Assembly: GCA_963662665.2 (NCBI GenBank)
Contig: CAXXJS010000023.1
Span: 1-63,443, forward strand
Origin: Candidatus Latescibacterota bacterium
Lineage (GTDB): Bacteria > Latescibacterota > UBA2968 > GCA-2709665
Length of the DNA stretch: 63,443 nt
Direction of reading: 5' to 3'
The notes under the pieces are model-generated. The model saw only the letters and a program-made list of their open reading frames with translations, was not told the origin of the DNA and searched no databases. Numbering within the stretch: position 1 is the first letter of the stretch; every line of letters begins with the position of its first letter. Shown here piece by piece: positions 51,866 through 61,316 of this stretch. A program made the position numbers and the translations under genes.

Positions 51866-52966
51866 TCATTGCCTGACCGCATCCATCACCGCGTCGTGAA
51901 ACTCCGGCCGCAACCTTCGTATCCCCTGATTCTCGCGGGTGGGATGCACCCGGTTTGTCAGGAGTATTACGCCGACGTCCCGCTCCGGATCGGCCCAGAC
52001 GGAGGTGCCCGTGAAGCCGGTGTGTCCGAACGACCGGACCGAGAAACGCCGGCCTGCGGAACTGCCCGCCTCCGATACTGTATCCCACCCCAGCGCGCGG
52101 GTGCTGCCGGGCGCCAATTCCGCCCGCGACGTAAACCGGCGGATGGCATCTTCGGAAAAAACCCGCCTTCTCTCGTGCATACCTCCGTTCAGCATCACCC
52201 TCAAGAAACGCCCCAGATCCGCCGCCGCCCCGAAGAGTCCCGCGTGCGGCGCCACACCGCCCATTGCCCAGGCATTTCCATCGTGCACCTGACCATGAAT
52301 CAACCCCCTGCGTTGCTCAGCCTGAAACTCCGTTGGCGGAATGCGGTCCAACAACTCGCGCCCGGGCAGAAACATGGTCTGACCCATCTCCAGAGGACCA
52401 AAAATGTACTGCCGGGCAAGGTTTTCGAGCGGTACTCCACCCAACCCTTCGATGGCTGCCCCCAGAAGGAGAAAGCTCAAATCGCTATAAATCGTCGCGG
52501 ACCCCGGTGCGTACGTGAGCGGTGTCCTGCACGCGGCCGCGAGTACCGACGCCTTACCCCGGCAGGTCTCGAAAAATCGCTGGTGCGCGGGCAACCCGGC
52601 ACAGTGCGCCAGTAGATGTCTGATCTTCACGGCGTCCCTGCCATCCCCGCGGAAAGCCGGAACGTATTCACTCACTCGCTCATCCAGGTCCAGCCCGGAT
52701 TCAAGCGCCATACAAATCGACGTTGTCACAACCACCTTCGTAAGCGACGCGAGGTCGTAGAGGTCATCCTCTCTTACCTCCGGCGCATCCGGCTCGTACG
52801 TGTGGCGTCCGGCTGTCCAGCAGGCGACCCCGCCCCCACCCCGCACGAGCAGGCCCACGGCGCCTGGCGTGCTCCGCTTACGGACGTGGCGTTCCAATAC
52901 CTCGCCGGCCCGCTCGAGACGTATGGGATCGATACCGTCCTTTATGTCGGTTCGTTGCGAATTCAT
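51866..52966 (-). CDS. Serine hydrolase, beta-lactamase class C/PBP-like family
   Basis: ASLTK (SxxK), YSD, GHTGFTG, LLTNR. Confidence 0.92.
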   Translation of the reverse strand: MNSQRTDIKDGIDPIRLERAGEVLERHVRKRSTPGAVGLLVRGGGGVACWTAGRHTYEPDAPEVREDDLYDLASLTKVVVTTSICMALESGLDLDERVSEYVPAFRGDGRDAVKIRHLLAHCAGLPAHQRFFETCRGKASVLAAACRTPLTYAPGSATIYSDLSFLLLGAAIEGLGGVPLENLARQYIFGPLEMGQTMFLPGRELLDRIPPTEFQAEQRRGLIHGQVHDGNAWAMGGVAPHAGLFGAAADLGRFLRVMLNGGMHERRRVFSEDAIRRFTSRAELAPGSTRALGWDTVSEAGSSAGRRFSVRSFGHTGFTGTSVWADPERDVGVILLTNRVHPTRENQGIRRLRPEFHDAVMDAVRQ

Positions 52967-52997
52967 TTTCCGTTTTGGAATCTCTCTTTTTTAAGAG

Positions 52998-53281
52998 GCG
53001 GTGAGACGTTAGACGTGAGACGGTAGATGACGTTCTTGCCCGATTGAGTCTTCCTCTATTGTTCTGTCCCAGAAATAAGATGCCTAAATTCAGCCGTCGA
53101 GTCGCCCGGCTCGCAAGGCACCTGAGCGCAGGCGACCTGGGCAGGTCGGCCCAACGTAGCGAGACGGGATGAATCGGCGGAAGAATGGTGAGGTATTTTT
53201 GGGACAGGACACTATGCCTCCGGCAAGAAATGAAACCGCACGGGGCGGACAATCTCTCCCCTCTCCCGTCTTACGTCTACC
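52998..53281. repeat. Repeat family E copy interrupted by MITE A
   Basis: Flanks align to 47093-47220. Confidence 0.8.
53059..53212. mobile_element. MITE family A, copy 2 (154 bp), TA TSD
   Basis: TA at 53057-58 and 53213-14; homologous to 10915-11060. Confidence 0.85.
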
Positions 53282-53419
53282 CGCCATTGCTACCGTCTTC
53301 CGGTTTGGAACACTGACCTTGACTTTCCGGTCCTTCTGCATATCTTCAGCGGTGCGAGACTTGGGTGCTGTCCCATCGGCACGCCTCTTTGATTGGGTCT
53401 CGACACCAGGAGGTGAATC

Positions 53420-53740
53420 ATGCCTGATGTCCGAAAACACGTCGTGTTCGTCACCGTTCCGAGTGAAGCCGAAGCCGCCGAAATCGGTCGCGTTCTGGTT
53501 GAAGAACGACTGGCGGCATGCGCCAACATCACCGGGCAGATCCGATCCATTTACCGCTGGCAGGACTCCATTGAAGATGAACCGGAGTTTCTCATGATTC
53601 TCAAGACGACAGAGGACAGCCTGGACGCTCTCATCGCCCGGGCGAACGAACTACACCCTTACGATGTACCTGAGATCATTGCCCTGCCCATCCACAAAGG
53701 GCACCCGCCTTATCTGAATTGGATCGCCGAAAACGCCTGA
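53420..53740 (+). CDS. cutA: Divalent-cation tolerance protein CutA
   Basis: LAACAN, SIYRWQ, HPYDVPEII, YLNWI. Confidence 0.95.
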   Translation: MPDVRKHVVFVTVPSEAEAAEIGRVLVEERLAACANITGQIRSIYRWQDSIEDEPEFLMILKTTEDSLDALIARANELHPYDVPEIIALPIHKGHPPYLNWIAENA

Positions 53741-53853
53741 CACGGGGTCCCGATGCGGCCAGGAGCGTTGGCGGGCTCCGCCTGTCGCTTGTTTCAGGCC
53801 AGCCAGGGTTGATATCGACGATCTTCGACGGGCGTCAACCGGAAGGATCCGCA

Positions 53854-54798
53854 ATGGCAGGACAAGCGCAATACGCCATAGGCATCGATTTGGGCGGTGG
53901 CAGCATCAAGGGCGCGCTCGTGTCCGCCGGCGGTCGCATTGAAGCCAGGAAGCGTTGTCCTACGGACGTCGAAAGCGGCGAACACGGCGTGGCGGACCGG
54001 ATTGCGGAACTTGTCGAATCCCTCCGCGTCCGGAACGGCCTTTTGTCAGGCGACATCGAGGGCATTGGCATCGGCGTCCCGGGCGTCACGACGCCACAGG
54101 GCACGGTGATCATTGCTCCGAATCTGCGCTGGCACCACGTGCCGTTCAAACAGATTCTTGAGGCGAGAATCAGGCTGAACGTTGAAATCGACAACGACGC
54201 CAGTGTCGCCGCCATGGGGGAAGCCCAACTGGGTGCGGGGCGGGGATGCGAGTCTCTCTTCCTCATCACCCTGGGGACGGGCATTGGCGGCGGGCTGGTC
54301 CTGGGCGGCGGCATTCACCACGGCGCCTCATTCGCGGCGGGTGAAATCGGCCATATGTGCATGGACCCCGACGGCCCCCTCTGCGGATGCGGCAAAAAGG
54401 GATGCCTGGAAGCCCTCACCGCCGGCCCCGCGATGGTCCGCTACGTTCGCCACCGGCTTCCGGATGCGGTGTCCACTTCTTTCTCGGATGCGGAATCCCT
54501 CTCACCGGAAACCATCTGCCTGGCCGCGAAAAACGGCGACAGCCTCGCCATTGAAGCCGTCGCCCGCGTTGCCCGCTATCTCGGCATCGCCATTGCCAAT
54601 CTCATCAACGTCATCAGCCCCGACATCATCGCCATTGGCGGGGGAATCGCCGGGGCCGGCGGCGTACTTCTCGACCCCGTCGCTGCTGCCGCCCGTGAAT
54701 ACACCCTTGAGGGGATGTACGATCACACCCGGATCCTGCCGGCCGAACTGGGCAACGACGCCGGCGTCCTGGGTGCCTCGCGCCTGGTCCTGAAATAA
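53854..54798 (+). CDS. ROK-family sugar kinase (glucokinase-like)
   Basis: GIDLGG, NDA, GTGIGGG, GEIGH, CGCGKKGCLE. Confidence 0.93.
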   Translation: MAGQAQYAIGIDLGGGSIKGALVSAGGRIEARKRCPTDVESGEHGVADRIAELVESLRVRNGLLSGDIEGIGIGVPGVTTPQGTVIIAPNLRWHHVPFKQILEARIRLNVEIDNDASVAAMGEAQLGAGRGCESLFLITLGTGIGGGLVLGGGIHHGASFAAGEIGHMCMDPDGPLCGCGKKGCLEALTAGPAMVRYVRHRLPDAVSTSFSDAESLSPETICLAAKNGDSLAIEAVARVARYLGIAIANLINVISPDIIAIGGGIAGAGGVLLDPVAAAAREYTLEGMYDHTRILPAELGNDAGVLGASRLVLK

Positions 54799-54855
54799 CA
54801 CAACGCATGGAAAAATAACGAACATACGATCGACCGGAACCCTTATCCCCCGCTG

Positions 54856-55722
54856 TTACTCCCACCCCAGATCTTTCAACACGGATTTCAGATACGCGAT
54901 GTCCTGCTGCGCGAACCACTCCCGGTCGCCCGGCCTCGGGGCTTCAATACACAATGGACCGTTGAAACCCGCCCGCTGCAACGCCAGCAGATACTCCCGG
55001 TGGTTGATAATCCCGTCGCCCAATCCCACCGCGTTCCGTCCGTCTCCTGCGGGCATCGAGTTTTTCAGGTGTACCATGAACAGCTTCTCTCCAAGCGTGG
55101 AAACGGTCTCCCCGATTGAAGGACAGGACGGGAAATACACCATGTTCCCATAGTCCAGGTTCGCCCCGACGAACGGAGAACCGATCATATCCAGAAGTTT
55201 CATCGTGGGCGCCGGCAGATCGTGAAACTAGCCCATGTGGATCTCGAACGCGAGCCTGAATCCGATCTCCTCGGCGACCGCGCCAAGTTCCCTGAACCCT
55301 TCGGCCGCCCATTCGTAATGATGCGCCGACGCGGCTCCGGACCCGTGCAGATGATGTGCCGACCCCGCATTGGGGTCCGAACTGCGCAGCGTCCCGGCCA
55401 TGATATTGCAGACCGTAAGTTCCAGCCGTTCACCCGCGAGTCGATAGAACCTGACCCCCTCCTCAACCTGCGCCCTGCGGATGCCGGCATCTTCCTGCAT
55501 CAGTTCCACACCGGGGCCGCCGAACAGCACGTGTTTCAATCCCGATGCTTCGGCGGCTGCGGCAATCATATCCAGGTATTGTTTCTGCGTCTCCTCTTCG
55601 CCCCTGCGATGACGGCGGAACTCGATACCGTCGTACCCCCACCCCACCGCCTTCCGGCACATCTCCGGGATCGTCTGCCCCTGTTCGCAATAATTCACAT
55701 GCATGATGATCGGTAACGACAT
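54856..55722 (-). pseudogene. Sugar phosphate isomerase/epimerase (TIM barrel) split by in-frame TAG at 55228-55230
   Basis: GYDGIE, FEIHMG*FHD, NLDYGN, VHLKN, CIE, all in one frame. Confidence 0.85.
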
Positions 55723-55847
55723 TCAATTGCCCCCTCCGTTGAAGAACTCCACACAATAGCGTTTGCCTCACCCGCAGAACGTGGCTAAAATGCCAACGAA
55801 GCCCAGGAAAGTCAACCGCAACCACCAGCCATCGAGGAGATCTGTCA

Positions 55848-56174
55848 ATGGCCAGTTGGTTCTATCTCTTTCTCGCCATCGCTCTCGAAGTCGCCGGGAC
55901 GACGTGCATGAAACTTTCGGACGGATTCGCCCGTTTGTGGCCCTCCATCGGCGTTGCCGTCTTTTATCTCGCCTCCCTGGCGGGACTGACGTTGGCGCTC
56001 AAACAGATTCCGGTGAGCATCGCATACGCCGTCTGGGCCGGCCTGGGCACAGCCATCATCTCCCTCGTCGGCTTCTGGTATTTCAAGGAACCGGTTACCG
56101 CGGTCAAGCTGCTTTCCATCGCACTCATTGTCGGGGGCGTGACCGGCCTGCATCTCTCCAGTTCGACACACTGA
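55848..56174 (+). CDS. SMR-family (EmrE/QacE-like) multidrug efflux transporter
   Basis: Glu14 in LAIALEVAGT; AYAVWAGLG; 4 TM helices. Confidence 0.93.
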   Translation: MASWFYLFLAIALEVAGTTCMKLSDGFARLWPSIGVAVFYLASLAGLTLALKQIPVSIAYAVWAGLGTAIISLVGFWYFKEPVTAVKLLSIALIVGGVTGLHLSSSTH

Positions 56175-56275
56175 CGCGCAGCTTGCGGACCCGGCGGATG
56201 GTTCGGCCTCGCCAACGGATGGAACAGCGGATCCCGACGGGACATGGAAAAATCCCGTCAAATTAAAAAAAGGAG

Positions 56276-56304
56276 TTGACATTCGAACTGTAAGCAATTA
56301 ACTT
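56276..56304 (+). promoter_or_regulatory. Sigma70 promoter of csp with a long structured 5'UTR
   Basis: TTGACA-N17-TAACTT; about 135-nt leader with GGCAAGGAT...GTCCTTGCC hairpin. Confidence 0.6.
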
Positions 56305-56447
56305 TAACCCACGCTGTAAATAGAAGGACGTTGTTTCTGTCTCCTGTGCAGTCGAAAAAAGCGATGCGGCAAGGATCAGAATTATCGGTCCTTGCCTTTT
56401 TAATTGCCTGCACATTCAGTTTAAGGTAGAAAGGTGGTGAATAAGCA

Positions 56448-56648
56448 GTGGCTGACGGTCGAGTGAAGTGGTTCAACGACGCCAAGGGCTTTGGTTTCAT
56501 TGAGCAGGACGGCGGAGAAGACGTGTTCGTACATTTTTCGGCAATCCAGGGCGAAGGTTTCAAGTCTTTGTCCGAGGGAGATGACGTCGAATTCGATATC
56601 GTCGAGGGTCCCAAGGGGCTCCAGGCGGCAAATGTGATGAAACGATAG
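56448..56648 (+). CDS. Cold-shock protein (CspA family)
   Basis: [31 protein letters not shown]. Confidence 0.97.
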   Translation: MADGRVKWFNDAKGFGFIEQDGGEDVFVHFSAIQGEGFKSLSEGDDVEFDIVEGPKGLQAANVMKR

Positions 56649-56674
56649 GATAAACGGAGTTTTCGTACGTGCAG

Positions 56675-56705
56675 ACGGACGCCGACAAGTCGGCGTCCGT
56701 TTTTT
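56675..56705 (+). terminator. Intrinsic terminator of csp
   Basis: ACGGACGCCGAC-AA-GTCGGCGTCCGT followed by a T run. Confidence 0.85.
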
Positions 56706-57489
56706 ATTTCGTCAACGTTCCCATCGCGCGCACCTGACAGTTCGCGTTACCGTCGGAGGTCCGACGATAACTCCAACGCCACTCGTGCCAGGTATCTACT
56801 AAGCCCGCCTTCACCGGATTGTTTAGAACATACGCGATAATCCGCTCCCACTCGCAAGCATCACGAACCCACCGATCATGACTTTCGTGATGCCAAAATG
56901 GTCCGCGCCTTCCCAAAACCCGATTTGCCTTCCTGGCTGTAAAGCCTTTCAACGACTGCATAATAGAGGAAAGCGAATTGTAACACCCGTTGCTCCCTTG
57001 AGTTGCAACTTTCGGCGACCTATCAGGATGCGGTACGAAAGGTTTTTTCACCAGGGGCGAAAACACAACATGTACGTGATTGGCCATGATACAATAGGCA
57101 TCCAGACGATACACTTTACCGTCTCGGTAGTGCAGGCTTTCCGCCACCAACTTAGCGATTCGCTCATCTTTGAGCCAAGTCGGGCCATTCTGCCCATATT
57201 CCTGCATTATTTCAAATTTCCGCAGCCATTCTCGACGCCATTCGAGTACACGATGTTCGCGTTTTTTCTCAAGTGTTCTCCGGTCGGTCGAGCCAAGCCG
57301 GGCACCACCTCCTGACCTGGAAGGACGTAGTCTTTCAGTACCCTGTTGGCGTTTCTCCGCTGCCCAATGTTTCAGGACTGTCTTGGGCAGAGAACCTGCG
57401 AGAATGAACGTGACGAAGAAGGTCGCGCCGGGCGGCTGAATGTGTGGCAGGTTGCGGCGATAGAACGGTTTATAGTCAAAATGGCTCAT
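56704..57489 (-). CDS. REP-associated tyrosine transposase (RAYT, Y1 HUH)
   Basis: RRNLPH, FFVTF, YCIMANHVHV (HUH), LKGFTA, FW..ESHD, YVLNNPVKAGL, WRWS. Confidence 0.9.
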   Translation of the reverse strand: MSHFDYKPFYRRNLPHIQPPGATFFVTFILAGSLPKTVLKHWAAEKRQQGTERLRPSRSGGGARLGSTDRRTLEKKREHRVLEWRREWLRKFEIMQEYGQNGPTWLKDERIAKLVAESLHYRDGKVYRLDAYCIMANHVHVVFSPLVKKPFVPHPDRSPKVATQGSNGCYNSLSSIMQSLKGFTARKANRVLGRRGPFWHHESHDRWVRDACEWERIIAYVLNNPVKAGLVDTWHEWRWSYRRTSDGNANCQVRAMGTLTK

Positions 57490-57733
57490 CTGCGATTTTC
57501 CAAAAAAGAAAACGCCCGGTTCGTCACGTAATTTTCCGAGCGGTACATGCTGCAACCCTAAATTGTTCGAACAGACCCGTCACTGAGGGCGGCGTTCAAA
57601 CCCGCCCTCCGTTGAGGATACGCCCGCGCGAGGCCAATGTATGGGCACCTCTGTCAACAGTGGACGCCGCGCTTGCGTACACTCACCCGCGAATTGCGTG
57701 CCAGAACACCCTTGCGCGACCGCAATTAACAGT

Positions 57734-57983
57734 GTAACACAAACTGTCAGTTTGTGGGCAACGGAACGCGAGATATTGTCAGACTTCACTTGTTCCCATC
57801 GCGCGAACTAACAGTTCGCGTTGCGGTCGGAGGTCCGACAACGGCACAGGAACGCTATCCCACGTCACGCCCGCACGTCGTAACACAAACTGTCAGTTTG
57901 TGGGCAACGGAACGCGAGGTATTGTCAGCCTACGCTTGTTCTCGATGCGCGCACCTGACAGTTCGCGTTGCGGTCGGAGGTCC
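57734..57983. repeat. RAYT-associated REP array (146-bp tandem unit, about 1.7 copies); a further half-unit lies at 56717-56765
   Basis: GTAACACAAACTGTCAGTTTGTGGGCAACGGAACGCGAG at 57734 and 57880; ACAGTTCGCGTT(G/A)C.GTCGGAGGTCC three times. Confidence 0.85.
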
Positions 57984-58020
57984 AGCGGGTTCCGCTCCGG
58001 TCTCGTCCCGGCGTCAATAT

Positions 58021-59937
58021 CTATCCTATCTTCAGGATCACGTCCAGTATTGACGGGAGCCAGGTGGCGCGCGCAAGGTTGGTGGCCGACTTGAGTTCCT
58101 GAAGCGTTCGCTGCAGTGTCTGTTTCGCCTCGCCAATCTGTCCCGCCGCAACCTGCGCCGCTGCCAGGTCCGTCAAAGTCCACGTGGTGATCCCGCCGCC
58201 GTCCCGACGGGCCAGCTCGATCGCCGCCAACTCCAGGGTTTTTCCTGCGTTGTCAACGGCGCCCGATTGCGCCTGTGTACGCCCGATTTCGGCCAGCGTC
58301 CTGATTCTTTTGTTCGAATCCTTGATTGACAGGGCGGTCGCCCTGGCCGCCGCGAATTCCTGTTTCCGGGCCTGGGCGGATACGATCTCCTTAAAAACGG
58401 CGTCCCGCCTCGATACCCGGTCAATCGTACTCGCATTGTGCCGGCTGAGCCGGATCTCGCCCGTCTGCGCCTGACGCATTGCCACGTGGTAGACCAGATC
58501 TTGCTCTGCCTCGGAGTCATCAGGACTGAGCGGCGCGGCGATTTCGAGCAGTGTTTCGAGCTGGTCGGACGCGATGTGGTAGACGAGATTCTTCGTCAGG
58601 TCGACATCGCCGGACGATTTGAGACGCCGTGCAGCCGTGTCAATGGTCCGCCTTGCGCCTTCGGTATCGCCAGCCGCCGTCTGAGCCGATGCGATGTTGA
58701 ACAACCATTTCACCCCGGACGGCGACAAATCTTCGCTAACCGACTGGAAAACCCTGTCAAGGGTCTTCCTGGCGCCATTCCGGTCATCTACCTTCATCTG
58801 GGCGGCTGCGATTTGAATGAAGACGTAAGGGTCGACGTCGGCCAGCGAAGCGATCGTTGCTCCGGCGCGCGCGACGTCCACTCCGCCTCCCGATGCCGCC
58901 AGCGCTTTGTCCAGGGTCGATCGCGCGTGCCCTTCATTGCCCGTTTCGGCCTGAGCCCATGCGATCTTTCCAAGCGCGATGGTCCGCCGGTATCCGCCAC
59001 TGATGGACCCGGCCGCCTCGATCGCGAGACCGAAGACTTTCCTCGCCTCTTCGGTCCTGCCCTCGTCCGCAGCTGTCGACGCAACGCCAATGAGCGCGTC
59101 GATCTGTCCCTCCGCGTCTTCTATCGACTTCGCGGTTGCGCGGGCGGAAGCGGTGTAGCCCACCGCCGCCTGTCCCATCGCGATTTTTCTCAGACCCCTG
59201 TTTCGCGAATCACCGTCTCCAACCGCCCGGGCGGTTGAGCCGGCAATCCGGAAGCCCTCGAGGGCGGCTCCCAGGTTTCCCGATTTCGCCGACGCCGTCG
59301 CAACGCCGATCAACGCATCGATCCGGCCCTGTACATCTCCAATAGACATGGCCGTTGCGCGCGCCGAGTCGACGTCGCCGGCGCCAGCCTGCACGGACGC
59401 GACACTGCCCAGCGCACGAGCACGCGCGTATCCACTCCTGACTGTCCCTGCCGCGGCGACCGCCAGATTGAAGTTTGCCCTGGCTTCCATCGAATTACCC
59501 TCCAGGGCCTGCGCCGCCGCGCCCGCGGCAAACGCACCCGCGCGTATTTCCAGTTCCCAATCGGATCTTGCATCGAATGATACCGCGGCCTGGAGCGTCA
59601 GACGTGAAACACACACGGAACTCACCGATTTCCAGCACCTCGCCGTTGCACTTTCGATGGCCTTCCCCACCTCCGCCAGCGAGAGAGTGCCGATTCCTTT
59701 GCCCTTTGCAAGCCTTGCGGCCGCCTCGCTTGCAGGATGCGCTTCAGTAATCGCCAGCAGTTTGCCGCGCGCCGCTTCAAACAACGCGATGGCTCTTTCC
59801 GGCGTCCGCGCGCGTTTCGCCGCCACGACGTGTCTGGCGGCGTCCTTCAAGAGACCGTCGACGCCGGGCGCTTGCGCCGCTGCCCATGACGCGACGACCG
59901 CCAATGCGACCGCGACGACAAAGGGAATCATCTTCAT
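58021..59937 (-). CDS. Secreted TPR-like alpha-solenoid repeat protein
   Basis: Signal peptide; repeated IA.AQA.AG....A..TA.SI.D...R..AL units; GGGAGG RBS. Confidence 0.85.
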   Translation of the reverse strand: MKMIPFVVAVALAVVASWAAAQAPGVDGLLKDAARHVVAAKRARTPERAIALFEAARGKLLAITEAHPASEAAARLAKGKGIGTLSLAEVGKAIESATARCWKSVSSVCVSRLTLQAAVSFDARSDWELEIRAGAFAAGAAAQALEGNSMEARANFNLAVAAAGTVRSGYARARALGSVASVQAGAGDVDSARATAMSIGDVQGRIDALIGVATASAKSGNLGAALEGFRIAGSTARAVGDGDSRNRGLRKIAMGQAAVGYTASARATAKSIEDAEGQIDALIGVASTAADEGRTEEARKVFGLAIEAAGSISGGYRRTIALGKIAWAQAETGNEGHARSTLDKALAASGGGVDVARAGATIASLADVDPYVFIQIAAAQMKVDDRNGARKTLDRVFQSVSEDLSPSGVKWLFNIASAQTAAGDTEGARRTIDTAARRLKSSGDVDLTKNLVYHIASDQLETLLEIAAPLSPDDSEAEQDLVYHVAMRQAQTGEIRLSRHNASTIDRVSRRDAVFKEIVSAQARKQEFAAARATALSIKDSNKRIRTLAEIGRTQAQSGAVDNAGKTLELAAIELARRDGGGITTWTLTDLAAAQVAAGQIGEAKQTLQRTLQELKSATNLARATWLPSILDVILKIG

Positions 59938-60055
59938 CGTAGACCCTCCCGTGCGTGTATTCAGATCCGGAACATTAGGAGCTGCGACAAACCGGAAGTC
60001 TCCCTGCCGGGTCTATCACCGTCGCTCGTAGCGATCCTGCAGCCTGCAGGTTGTG

Positions 60056-61243
60056 TCAATATCGAAACGGCGTCAGTTGCGCCTGTGTGACTTCCACGCC
60101 GAAGCCCGGTCCGTCGACCGGCTTCATCCGTCCGCCTTTGGGTGCTGAAACGCCGGGGGGACGCGCGGCTTCGTCCGGGTCGACGCCCGGTGGGCTGGCG
60201 ATGTAACATTCTGTCCACGGAATTGCCGGCATCGCGTAACAGACGTGCTGCCCGTACGGCGTATTTCCGCCGCCGTGGGGAATGACCGATATGCCGGCCG
60301 CCTCGGCGATTGCGCAGATCTTGACGACCGCGGTCATTCCGCCGACCCAGTTGATGTCCGGCTGGAATATATCCAGGAGGCGGCGGCTGGCCGCGTGTTG
60401 GAAAGGAACGGTCGTGTACCAGTGTTCTCCCGTGGCCAGGGTCGCCCAGGGAAGCCGGCTGCGCAATTCGGCATGGGCGTCGAGATCCTCCGAGCGGAGC
60501 ATTTCCTCCATCCACTTGAGTTTGCTCGGGCGCAGTTCCTCGGCAAGGCGAACGGCGTACTCCACGTCGAACGCCATCCAGCAGTCCAGCATCAGTTCCA
60601 CGTTATCGCCGGCGAGGTCTCGCGTGCCGGCCACAAGATCCACGTTTTTTCTCAGACCCTCCAACCCGTCGGCCGGACCATACGGGCACGGCAGCTTTAT
60701 GGCTTCGAAACCCAGTTCCAGGTACCAGTCTGCGTCGCCACCCGTGGCGTAGCAGAACATATCGTCGCGCGCCGGCCCGCCCAGCAGTTCGTATACCGGC
60801 TTGTCCAACAGCTTTCCCTTCAGGTCCCAAAGCGCGAGGTCGATGGCGCTCACGGCGTAGGCATGCAGACCGGTGGCGCCGTACGAGGCCCCCATTCGCA
60901 CCATCATATCGTAGCACTTCTCAGTTGCCAGGCAGGGTTCGCCCACCAACCGCGGTCCGAGAAAATCGTCGATGACGGCCGCCACGGGGCGTCCGTGACT
61001 TGCGGTTGCAAAACCCAGGCTGCCGTCTTCGGCTTCGACAACGCAACCGAAGCCGCCCCAATTCGGCAACCAGGACGGACGGAACGCGGCGTAACGCGGA
61101 TAGCCTGTCATCGGGTTGGCAACAGGGCCCTGCGCGGCCCACGACGGACGGCGCGCCGTTTTGTACTCCACGGCGCCGGGCTTCGCGCGTCCATACGTTT
61201 CGGGAAAGTTTATCTGAACGGCGCGGATGGACTTGATTTTCAT
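60056..61243 (-). CDS. rhmD: Enolase-superfamily acid-sugar dehydratase, L-rhamnonate dehydratase-like
   Basis: VANPM..YP.Y...R.SW, DLALWDLKGK, MLDCWM, WMEE, TGEH, QPD. Confidence 0.75.
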   Translation of the reverse strand: MKIKSIRAVQINFPETYGRAKPGAVEYKTARRPSWAAQGPVANPMTGYPRYAAFRPSWLPNWGGFGCVVEAEDGSLGFATASHGRPVAAVIDDFLGPRLVGEPCLATEKCYDMMVRMGASYGATGLHAYAVSAIDLALWDLKGKLLDKPVYELLGGPARDDMFCYATGGDADWYLELGFEAIKLPCPYGPADGLEGLRKNVDLVAGTRDLAGDNVELMLDCWMAFDVEYAVRLAEELRPSKLKWMEEMLRSEDLDAHAELRSRLPWATLATGEHWYTTVPFQHAASRRLLDIFQPDINWVGGMTAVVKICAIAEAAGISVIPHGGGNTPYGQHVCYAMPAIPWTECYIASPPGVDPDEAARPPGVSAPKGGRMKPVDGPGFGVEVTQAQLTPFRY

Positions 61244-61316
61244 TACGGGGCTCCTCCTGGTTGGCGTATCGCTGAAGGGGCATGGACGGCCTGGCGGCGG
61301 CAATGGCGCATCACGA

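Noticed and set aside
51866-52966. True beta-lactamase; likewise AAC(3), APH and SMR as proven resistance genes
   Set aside because: Only family-level motifs; no signal peptide on the serine hydrolase; substrates cannot be inferred from sequence
8637-55230. Alternative genetic code
   Set aside because: TAA, TAG and TGA all end clearly conserved genes here (glyA TAA, csp and sppA TAG, cutA TGA)
55740-55847. Guanidine riboswitch upstream of the SMR gene
   Set aside because: No ykkC or twin ACGR-hairpin motif seen
57734-57983. Repeat-spacer pattern as a CRISPR array
   Set aside because: Only about two units, the intervening DNA is itself repeated, and it sits next to a RAYT, so it is REP-like
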